Source: Centroscyllium fabricii
Taxonomy: Eukaryota
Direction of reading: 5' to 3'
DNA: 64,000 bases
Assembly: GCA_051313645.2 (NCBI GenBank)
Contig: JBNRSN020000029.1
Coordinates: 44,578,001-44,642,000 of the forward strand
Under the pieces are notes generated by a model. It was not told the origin of the DNA, ran no database searches, and saw only the letters and a list, made by a program, of their open reading frames with translations. Both the position numbers and the translations under genes were made by a program. Positions 50,516 to 60,500 of this stretch are shown here, in pieces. Position 1 is the stretch's first letter, and the number at the start of each line of letters is the position of its first letter.

Positions 50516-53500
50516 ATGGAGAGCGGTGCGGTAAAGCCAGAAAAGCTGGACACCAGTCCACAGGACCCAGCCGCCGCCACCACGTTCGAACACTGGTTCG
50601 GTCTCCTGGAGGCCTATATTGACGACGCCAAGGCTACAACTGATGGGAACAAACTGCAAGTTCTCAGGTCTAGGATCTCCAGCCGAGTATTCTCCCTCAT
50701 CCGAGACGCCAAAACCAACCCAGTGGCAGTGGAAAAGCTGAGGAAATGCTACGAGCGCCCGGTTCATTCGGTCTACGCCAGAAATGTGCTCGCGACCAGA
50801 CCACAACTACCGGGTGAGACAAACGAACAATTTGAGCAAGCACTCCAGGCCCTGGTACGGGTCTGTGGCTGCCAAGCACGGACAGCAGAAGAGGAGGTGA
50901 ATCTCCTCGTCCGTGATGCCTACGTAACAGGCCTGAGGTGCATTGAAGCCCGCCAGTGGCTGCTGGAGAAAGTCTCTCTGAATTTAGAAGAGGCGATTTC
51001 TATATCGAACTCTGCAGAAGGGGCACGCAACAAGCTGCAGGCGTACAGCGGCACAAACCCGCAGGCCTATGACATGTGGGCCGCGCCACAACGGGCCCAG
51101 GCCTGGGCAGCACCACAACGGGTCGAGACCCCCACGATGGCTGCGACAGCGGCAAAGGCAGACAAACGGTGCTACTTCTGCGGCCAGGGACTGCACCCAC
51201 GAGCGAGATGCCCAGCGAGGACCGCGATCTTTGAGAGGTGCTCCAAAAAGGGACACTACGCGAAGGCCTGCAGATCAGCACCAGCAGCGCCCAACTCCAG
51301 GTACAACAGCACAGCCTGTGAAAGCTCCGCCAGGCCTCAGTTAAGCTGCAATAGCAGCGCGATCCAGCGACGGTCCGGGGGTAGAAGAAAAGCGCCCCCA
51401 TCTCCCACCCTGATGCGGCAGAGGCCGGCTGCACCCACGGCACGCCAAGCTCAGCCACGGCCAGCCATGCGCGACCCCCCAACGCCAGCAGCAGCACACC
51501 CAGCGCGGCCTGCTGCGTGCGAACCACGGGCGCCGCCAACCCAAACACCGCGGCTCGCTGCATGCGAACCACGGGCACCGCCAACCCAGCCACCGCGGCC
51601 CGCTGCGTGCGAACCACGGGCACCGCCAACGCGCTCACAGCGGTCAGCCGCGTGCAAACCACGGGCGCCGCCATCTTGTCTCCAGCGCCCCGCCATGTGC
51701 GAGCCATGGGCGCCACCATTTTGTCTCCAGCGCCCCGCCATGTGCGAACCACGGGCACCGCCATCTTGTGTACAACCCCAACCAGCAGGGGGCCCACACA
51801 CACAAAGGCACACTTCGGCCTCAGCCATACCTAAAGTCGACCAGGCTAGGCCACACACACTATCGTACTCTATCATGCCGATCAAAATCAACGGACATGT
51901 AACAAATTGCCTGTTCGACACTGGAAGCACAGAGAGCTTTATCCACCCTGATACAGTGCAGCGCTACGGACTGCAGATCCTGCCCACGTGCTACCAAGTC
52001 TCCCTTGCTTCACAGTCCCACACCGCGGACGTCACTGGCTACTGCTCCGTCACGCTCACAGTCAAGGGTTGTTTGTACTGTAATTTTAAATTGTACACCA
52101 TCAAGCAGTTGTGTGCCCCAGCCTTACTAGGTCTGGATTTCCAGTGCCACCTCCAGAGCGTGACAATAGAGTTCGGTGGGACCTTGCCCCCCGTCACCGT
52201 CATGAGCCGGGACAGTCCCTTCCCAAAGCGGAGCCCGGCCTGCGGCCTCTCCACCCTGAAAATCGACCCCCCCTCACTGTTCGCCAAACTCGACCCCAAC
52301 TGCAAGCCTATTGCTACTAAGAGTCGGCGGTACAGCGTGGGGGATCGCACGTTTATCAGGTCGGAGGTCGGGCGTATGCTGAAGGAGGGGATAATTGAAG
52401 CCAGCACCAGCCCCTGGCGGGCCCAGGTAGTAGTGGTGAAGACTGGCGAGAAACAGCGGCTGGTTATCGACTACAGCCAGACCATTAACCGCTACACTGG
52501 GCTCGACGCCTACCCACTCCCCCGCATCTCGGACATGGTCCACCAGATCGCCCAATATAAGGTGTTCTCCACGATCGACCTTAAGTCGGCGTATCACCAA
52601 CTCCCGATCCGGAAAGCCGACTGCCCGTACACCGCCTTCGAGGCGAACGGTCGGCTCTACCACTTCCTCCGGGTCCCCTTCGGTGTGACCAACGGAGTGT
52701 CAGTGTTCCAACGGGAGATGGACCGCATGGTTGACCAGAACGAGTTGTGGGCCACCTTCCCTTACCTGGACAACGTGACCATCTGCGGCCATGACCAGCA
52801 GGACCACGATGCCAATCTGGCCAAATTCCTCGCCACGGCGGACAAGCTGGTCCTTACGTATAACAAGAACAAATGTGTCTTTAATACAGACCGGCTCGCC
52901 ATCCTCGGATACGTGGTGGAGAACGGGGTCCTCGGCCCCGACCCACAGCGTATGCGCCCCCTACAAGAACTGCCCCTACCTCACAACCCCAAAGCCTTGA
53001 GGAGATGCCTAGGATTTTTCTCCTATTATGCACAATGGGTCCCACAGTTTGCTGACAAGGCTAGACCACTCCTCGAGGCTGCCGTCTTCCCCCTCTCGGT
53101 AGAAGCCCAAACGGCATTCGCCCGGATAAAGGAAGACATTATCAAGGCGACCATGCACGCTGTTGATGAATCCATTCCCTTCCAGGTGGAGAGCGACGCT
53201 TCGGACTTTGCCCTTGCTGCCACCCTGAATCAGGCAGGCAGGCCCGTAGCGTTTTTCTCCCGCACATTACAGGGACCCGAAATTCGCCACTCTGCAGTGG
53301 AAAAGGAGGCCCAGGCCATCGTGGAGGCCGTGCGCTACTGGCGTCATTACCTGGCCGGTAAGCGTTTTACCCTTCTCACCGACCAATGGTCGGTGGCGTT
53401 TATGTTTAATAATAAACAGAAGGGTAAGATCAAGAATGATAAGATCCTGCGGTGGCGGATCGAACTCTCAACTTACGAGTACGACATTCTTTACCGACCA

Positions 53501-54745
53501 GGTAAACTCAATGAACCCCCGGACGCACTGTCCAGGGGAACATGCGCCAGTGCCCAGCTAGACCGGCTGAAGGATCTCCATGACCGCCTTTGCCACCCGG
53601 GTGTCACCAGACTCGCCCACTTTGTTACATCCCGTAGCCTCCCCTACTCCATCACGGAGATCAAGGCTATGACCCGAGAGTGCCCTGCTTGCGCCGATTG
53701 CAAACCCCAATTTTTCCGGCCAGACACGGTGCACCTCATTAAGGCCACCCGCCCCTTTGAACGTCTAAGCGTGGACTTCAAAGGCCCCCTCCCCACCACC
53801 GACCGCAACTCATACTTCCTCACGGTCGTAGATGAGTTCTCCCGCTTCCCCTCCGCCTTCCCCTGCTCAGATATGACGAGCGCAACGGTGATAAAACAAT
53901 TCACCATGCTGTTCGCCATTTTCAGACTCCCCAGCTACATTCATAGCGACCGGGGGTCATCGTTCATGAGCGATGAACTGTGTCAGTTCCTGCTCCAGAA
54001 AGGGGTTGCCACGAGCAGAACAACCAGTTATAACCCCCGGGGGAACGGCCAGGTAGAAAGGGAGAATGGGATCATCTGGAAGGCGGTCACCCTGGCTCTG
54101 AAGTCCAGAGGCCTTCCAGTGGCCGATTGGCAGGCAGTCCTCCCAGACGCGCTATATTCGATATGCTCTCTACTGTGTCTGGCCACTAACGCCACCCCTC
54201 ATGAGTTGATTTTTTCCTTTCCCAGGAAGTCGACTTTGGGGACAGCTCTTCCTCCATGGCTCACGACACCGGGGCCGGTCTTCCTTAGAAGACACGTCCG
54301 TGGCCACAAGACCGACCCCCTGGTAGACAAGGTGCAGCTCCTGCATGCAAATCCCAAATACGCCTACGCGCAGTTCCCGGACGGGCGCGAGGACACCGTC
54401 TCCGTCAGGGACGTGGCTCCCGCTGGGAGCACCACAGCAGAGCCCCTGGTCGGGCAGCAGCCCGCCCAGCCACAGTATTTGGAACACCCCCTGCATCTAC
54501 AGTGGCCTCCGAGGTATCCAGAGCCCCAGCCGTGGCCAGCCCAAGACCACTATTCCGATGGCTTGGATCAACTGAGACCACCAGCATCTGAAATTTCGGC
54601 ACCAGCACCACTGTCACCACCACTGGACCCGAACGGGATGGAACATAAGGAACTTTCACCAGAGCCCCGGCGTTCCTCCAGAGAGACACGACCGCCAGAC
54701 AAGCTTATAATGAACTGCTCTGTCCATTTACCCCGCCGGACGTAA
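50516..54745 (+). CDS. Single-ORF Gag-Pol polyprotein (1409 aa)
   Basis: Double zinc knuckle (CYFCG...H...CPA...CSKKGHYAKAC), protease LFDTGS, RT YLDN, RNase H SDASD...EKEA, integrase HHCC plus VDFKGP / SDRG / NGQVER. Confidence 0.95.
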   Translation: MESGAVKPEKLDTSPQDPAAATTFEHWFGLLEAYIDDAKATTDGNKLQVLRSRISSRVFSLIRDAKTNPVAVEKLRKCYERPVHSVYARNVLATRPQLPGETNEQFEQALQALVRVCGCQARTAEEEVNLLVRDAYVTGLRCIEARQWLLEKVSLNLEEAISISNSAEGARNKLQAYSGTNPQAYDMWAAPQRAQAWAAPQRVETPTMAATAAKADKRCYFCGQGLHPRARCPARTAIFERCSKKGHYAKACRSAPAAPNSRYNSTACESSARPQLSCNSSAIQRRSGGRRKAPPSPTLMRQRPAAPTARQAQPRPAMRDPPTPAAAHPARPAACEPRAPPTQTPRLAACEPRAPPTQPPRPAACEPRAPPTRSQRSAACKPRAPPSCLQRPAMCEPWAPPFCLQRPAMCEPRAPPSCVQPQPAGGPHTQRHTSASAIPKVDQARPHTLSYSIMPIKINGHVTNCLFDTGSTESFIHPDTVQRYGLQILPTCYQVSLASQSHTADVTGYCSVTLTVKGCLYCNFKLYTIKQLCAPALLGLDFQCHLQSVTIEFGGTLPPVTVMSRDSPFPKRSPACGLSTLKIDPPSLFAKLDPNCKPIATKSRRYSVGDRTFIRSEVGRMLKEGIIEASTSPWRAQVVVVKTGEKQRLVIDYSQTINRYTGLDAYPLPRISDMVHQIAQYKVFSTIDLKSAYHQLPIRKADCPYTAFEANGRLYHFLRVPFGVTNGVSVFQREMDRMVDQNELWATFPYLDNVTICGHDQQDHDANLAKFLATADKLVLTYNKNKCVFNTDRLAILGYVVENGVLGPDPQRMRPLQELPLPHNPKALRRCLGFFSYYAQWVPQFADKARPLLEAAVFPLSVEAQTAFARIKEDIIKATMHAVDESIPFQVESDASDFALAATLNQAGRPVAFFSRTLQGPEIRHSAVEKEAQAIVEAVRYWRHYLAGKRFTLLTDQWSVAFMFNNKQKGKIKNDKILRWRIELSTYEYDILYRPGKLNEPPDALSRGTCASAQLDRLKDLHDRLCHPGVTRLAHFVTSRSLPYSITEIKAMTRECPACADCKPQFFRPDTVHLIKATRPFERLSVDFKGPLPTTDRNSYFLTVVDEFSRFPSAFPCSDMTSATVIKQFTMLFAIFRLPSYIHSDRGSSFMSDELCQFLLQKGVATSRTTSYNPRGNGQVERENGIIWKAVTLALKSRGLPVADWQAVLPDALYSICSLLCLATNATPHELIFSFPRKSTLGTALPPWLTTPGPVFLRRHVRGHKTDPLVDKVQLLHANPKYAYAQFPDGREDTVSVRDVAPAGSTTAEPLVGQQPAQPQYLEHPLHLQWPPRYPEPQPWPAQDHYSDGLDQLRPPASEISAPAPLSPPLDPNGMEHKELSPEPRRSSRETRPPDKLIMNCSVHLPRRT
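51495..51775 (+). repeat. ~45-bp coding tandem repeat (PAACEPRAPPxxxxR-like, about 6 units) between NC and protease
   Basis: Repeated TGCGAACCACGGGC[AG]CCGCCA core, all in frame. Confidence 0.85.
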
Positions 54746-55077
54746 ATTTTCAAGAAGGGGTGAATATGGTAACCGTATTGTATAGCTTACCACTGTAATA
54801 TTGTCACACTGTTTTACAACACTGTCGTGGAGCCAGGTCAGCCACACCTCTAACTCCTCCCCCAGGTGAGGCCCTTTATAGGTGAGGACTGACCAGGCAC
54901 CCTCATTCTGTTCTGGATGTTCGTTCGGAGTGTAGCTCCAAAGTTAGTTAATAAAAGCCTGTAGTTTAAGGTCACTACTCGTCGAGGTCTTTTATTAATG
55001 GAATTGACGATACGTCAGTGTGTGGTATCAGTAAAATAGCTGGCAGAGTGCAGACCGACAGAGGCCTGGGCCCGGGT

Positions 55078-56415
55078 CCATCTCTCACCATCTCCATCTC
55101 TCACCATCTCCATCTCTCACCATCTCCATCTCTCACCATCTCCATCTCTCACCATCTCCATCTCTCACCATCTCCATCTCTCACCATCTCCATCTCTCTC
55201 TATCTCCATCTCTCTCTATCTCCATCTCTCTCTATCTCCATTTCTCTATCTCCATCTCTCTCTATCTCCATCTCTCTCTCTCTCCATCTCTCACCATCTC
55301 CATCTCTCACCATCTCCATCTCTCACCATCTCCATCTCTCTCTATCTCCATCTCTCTATCTCCATCTCTCACCATCTCCATCTCTCACCATCTCCATCTC
55401 TCGCCATCTCCACCTCTCTCTATCTCCATCTCCCACCATCTCCATCTCTCTCTATCTCCATCTCTCTCTATCTCCATCTCTCTCTATCTCCATCTCTCTC
55501 TATCTCCACCCCTCACCATCTCCATCTCTCTCTATCTCCATCTCTCTATCTCCATCTCTCTCTATCTCCATCTCTCACCATCTCCATCTCCATCTCTCAT
55601 TTTCTCCATCTCTCACTATCTCCATCTCTCTCTATCTCCATCTCTCTCTATCTCCATCTCTCTCTATCTCCACCCCTCACCATCTCCATCTCTCTCTATC
55701 TCCATCTCTCTATCTCCATCTCTCTCTATCTCCATCTCTCTCTATCTCCATCTCTCACTATCTCCATCTCTCTCTATCTCCATCTCTCTCTATCTCCATC
55801 TCTCTCTATCTCCACCCCTCACCATCTCCATCTCTCTCTATCTCCATCTCTCTATCTCCATCTCTCTCTATCTCCATCTCTCTATCTCCATCTCTCTCTA
55901 TCTCCATCTCTCTCTATCTCCATCTCTCACTATCTCCATCTCTCACCATCTCCATCTCTCTCTATCTCCATCTCTCACCATCTCCATCTCTCTCTATCTC
56001 CATCTCTCTCTATCTCCATCTCCCACCATCTCCATCTCTCACCAACTCCATCTCTCGCCATCTCCATCTCTATATCTCCATTTATCTCTATCTCCATCTC
56101 TCTCTATCTCCATCTCTCACCATCTCCATCTCTCTCCATCTCCATCTCTCTCTATCTCCATCTCTCTCTATCTCCATCTCTCACTATCTCCATCTCTCAC
56201 TATCTCCATCTCTCTCTATCTCCATCTCTCTCTATCTCCATCTCTCTCTATTTCCATCTCTCACTATCTCCATCTTTCACCATCTCCATCTCTCTCTATC
56301 TCCATCTCTCACCATCTCCATCTCTCACCATCTCCATCTCTCACCATCTCCATCTCTCACCATCTCCATCTCACACCATCTCCATCTCTCTCTATCTCCA
56401 TCTCTCTCTATCTCC
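55078..56415. repeat. 16-bp pyrimidine-rich minisatellite (TCTCCATCTCTCACCA / TCTCCATCTCTCTCTA), ~1.3 kb
   Basis: Almost G-free plus strand with two interspersed unit types. Confidence 0.97.
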
Positions 56416-57581
56416 AGCCCCAGCTCCATGTGTCCTCGACAGATCGCACCGCCCCGGGCACACTGACCCATTGCTTCCTGAGCAGGGCCCTGGGCTGCTG
56501 CTATCCCAGGAATCATTTCACCATTTTCAATAAGCGGCCTCATCGCGAACAGATAATAAAATCCAACAGATCCTTTTTTAATTTCAATAATTTATTTTAA
56601 GGTCTTATGCTGCAAGCTGAGGGTGGGGATTACATTGGACAGACGAGGGTTGATGTCTTTCTGACTTGGGTTTGCAAACAGATTTTTTTTTAAATGTTTC
56701 AAATCTTTTCTATAAGAAAATAATTGCCTGTTTATTCATGACCAATACATAGAAACATAGAAGATAGGAGCAGGAGTAGGCCATTCGGCCCTTCGGCCCT
56801 TCGAGCCTGCGCCGCCATTCAATGAGATCATGACTGATCTTTGAAACTCAGCACCCTGTCCCTGCCTTCTCCCCATATCCCTTGATCCCTTCAGCCTGAA
56901 GAAATATATCCAACTCCTTCTTGAATATATTTAATGAACTGGCCTCCGACACCCTTTGTGGCAGAGAATTCCACAGGTTCACCATTCTCTGGGTGAAGAA
57001 ATTCCCGCACATCTCAGTCCTAAATGGCTTTCCCCTTATCCTTAGACTATGGCCCCTGGTTCTGGACTCCCCGACCATCGGGAACATCAGTCCTGCCTCC
57101 AGTCTGTCCAGGCCTGACAGAATGTTATATATTTCGATGAGATCCCCTCTTAATCGTCTGAACTCCAGTGAGTATAAGCCCAATCGACTCAATCTCTCCC
57201 CATATGTCATTCCTGCCATCCCAGGTATCAGCCTGGTGAATCTTTGCTGCACTCCTTCCAATGCAAAAATGTTCTTCCTCAGATGAGGCAAACAAAACTG
57301 CACACAATACTCGAGGTGTGGTCTTACCAAGGTCCTGTAGAGCTGCAGCAAGGCATCCTTGTTCTTATATTCGAATCCTCTTGCTACGAAGGCCAACATA
57401 CCATTTGCCTTCTTAACCGCGTGTTGCACCTGCATGATTACCTTCAGTGACTGGTGCACAAGAACACCCAGGTCTCTTTGCACATCCCCATCTCCCAATC
57501 TATTGCCATTCAAATAATAATCAGCCCTCCTGTTTTTGCCACTAAAGTGGATAACCTCACATTTATCCATATTATAGTGCA

Positions 57582-60500
57582 TGTAATGATATTGCGACTT
57601 CCGGCAGGAAGTCGGATGAACTCTGCTTATGAACTTCCAGTGACATCACTTCCTGTACATGTCACTTCCTGTGTAGTAGTATAAATTCTGCTGCTATTCA
57701 GTCTGAGATAATGCTTCTCCATGTAAATATGTTAAAACTCTCAACTCTGTAAATAGCTGATTAAAGCTTTGCTTAAAGTATTTGATGTGTAAGTCGCTTT
57801 TGTCACATCAATTTAATCAGCTACTACGCTCAAAATTTTTGAAACCTTCGGACAAAAAAGGAACTGAGGACCCAGGGAACCACCCATCATGGAGAGCCTC
57901 TTCAAACCCAGAACTCTTGACCTGGATCCGAACTCGCCATCAGCCGCAAAGGTATGGAAGCAATGGTACCATACTTTTGAAAATTTCCTTACAGCATGTG
58001 ATGCGGGCGATACTGATAAACTCATGCTACTGGTAAACTATGTATCCCCTAACGTGTATGAATATCTGGACAATTGGGATAACTTTAATGAAGCAATCCG
58101 AGCTCTTAAAGAACTGTATACAAAGCCACCCAACAAGATTTATGCTAGACATATACTGGCCACGGCCCGGCAAGGGCCGGAGGAATCTATCGGTGAATTC
58201 CTGCAGACACTGCGCAGGCTCAGTATGAACTGTAACTTTCAGGCAGCCTCGGCCGTGCTTTACCGTGAGGAAATGATCCGCGATGCCTTCATCAGCGGGA
58301 TTTCCTCCCCACTGATACGCCAGCGTCTACTGGAGAGTAAGGCCCTAGAGTTGCAAAAAGCTTTTGAACTGGCTTGCTCTCTTGATCTAGCAAAAAGAAA
58401 CTCAGATCTTTATCAGTGGCCCAGAGCTCGAAGTGCTGCTGTAACTTCAAGCAGACCTTTCAAGGGGCCACAGGTGAACCCAATCATAGACGACTCTAGC
58501 CCTGATGAGCTTAGTGATGAGGAGGAGGATGACCCTATCCTAGCAGCCTCTTGGCAGTCCAGGAAAAACTGCTTCTTTTGTGGAGATATCTTCCACCCAA
58601 GAAAATTCTGCCCAGCCCGTAATGCAATCTGCAGCTACTGCAGCAAAAAAGGGCACTTTGCAAAGGTGTGCCAATCCAGAACTTCTGCACGAGCTAATCA
58701 AGCTAGGCCCTACAGAGCTGCTCCAATTAGGGCCTACCAGGGTGCATCAATTAGGCCCTATCAAGACGCACCAACCAGGAACTATCAGGCTCCCACTCGA
58801 AGGAGCTCGTCTAGAATCACTGCTGCACTCTGTGCTATCATGCCAATAACAGCTGCATGCCCTCAGAATCTGGTCCTGGCAGCCCAAGGGTCACAATTAA
58901 TGGACATGCTTTTGATGCCCTAATTCACTCTGGTAGCACTGACAGCTTTATTAAGGGGCAAATCGTTAAAAAATTGAAACTGCACACTTATGCATCAGAC
59001 CAGGCACTTGCAATGGGCCAATCTTCTCTTAATAAAAGAATCTCGGGCTTCTGTATTGTGGACTTAACCCTTAATGGGCGCCTGTATCCCTCCACCCGTC
59101 TCTTAGTCCTTAAGGATCTATGTAGTGATATCATTCTGGGACTAGATTTCCAAAGACAACATAACAAGCTGACCATTGAGTTCGGGGGTTCTAAACCCGA
59201 ACTCATTATCTCTAAATCATCATCCAAAATGCCATTTTGTGCACTGTCAGTAGCCTCTCTGGACGAACCATCGTTATTTACCAGCATTACACCTCAGACC
59301 AAGCCGATAATAACTAAGTCTCGGCGCTTTAGTCAGGAGGATCGATCCTTCATTTATACAGAAATCTCTCGACTCCTGGCCGAGGACATCATTGAACCTT
59401 GTTCATCGCCTTGGCGGGCTCAGATCGTCATTGTTAAAAACTCTTTGAAACCTCAGAAGAAACGCCTGTGTATCGATTACTCTCAGACCGTTAATCTATA
59501 TACAGATTTGGATGCTTACCCACTGCCACGTATCGATGACATGGTGAATAAACTGGCTGAATATTCTGTATTCTCAACTTATGACCTAAAGAGTGCTTAC
59601 CATCAGGTACCCCTGTGGGCCTCGGATAAGAAATATACAGCCTTTGAGGCTAACGGACGATTGTATCAATTTTGCCGTCTCCCATTCGGAGTCACCAACG
59701 GAGTAGCCGTCTTTCAACGAGCCATGGATGGCTTGCTGAAGCAAGAAGACTTGAGGGACACTTTCCCTTATCTCGACAATATTACGGTTGCTGGCCATGA
59801 CCAACAAGAACATGACGACAACCTTCGAAGATTTCGGGATGCACTTTATCGTCGCAATCTGACTTTAAATGAAACCAAATCCGTGGAAACACAGCCAACC
59901 ATTAATATTCTCGGCTACTGTGTAGGTAATGGCATCATCAAGCCTGATGCTGAAAGACTTCGGCCCCTCCAGGAGCTTCCTCCACCTAACAGTCCTGCTT
60001 CCTTGCATCGGGCCCTCGGCCTATTTGCCTACTATGCGAAGTGGATTCCGGATTTTTCGGACAAAATTCAACCTTTGTTGAATGCCAGGACATTTCCATT
60101 AGGAACACCGGCCATTACAGCCTTTACTACCCTTAAACAACATTTGAAGACTCCACTCCATCGATGAGAACCTCCCATTCGTGGTCGAATGTGACGCTTC
60201 AGAGGTGGCGATCTCAGCTACCCTCAATCAGGAAGGTCGCCCTGTAGCTTTCATGTCTAGGACCCTACAGGGTGCCGAAGTGCACTATCCACCAGTGGAA
60301 AAAGAAGCCACGGCCATCATTGAGGCTGTACGAAAATGGAACCATTTTTTAGCTCGCCGACACTTCACGCTGATAACGGACCAGCGATCAGTAGCGTTCA
60401 TGCTGGACAACTGCAAAAGAACCAAAGTCAAGAACAATAAAATACAACTGTGGAGGATGGAATTGGCCTCTTTTGGCTATACTATTCACTATCGCCCTGG

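Larger units (their letters stand above)
50238..55017 (+). mobile_element. Full-length Ty3/Gypsy (Mag-like) LTR retrotransposon A
   Basis: 253-bp LTRs at 50238-50490 and 54765-55017 (8 differences). PPT AAGAAGGGGTGAA. Imperfect 5-bp TSD GTTTG/GTGTG. No TGG-type PBS. Confidence 0.96.

Noticed and set aside
55018-56466. 482-aa Ser/Leu/His/Ile ORF
   Set aside because: It is a nearly G-free minisatellite in which stop codons cannot readily form; not a protein gene.
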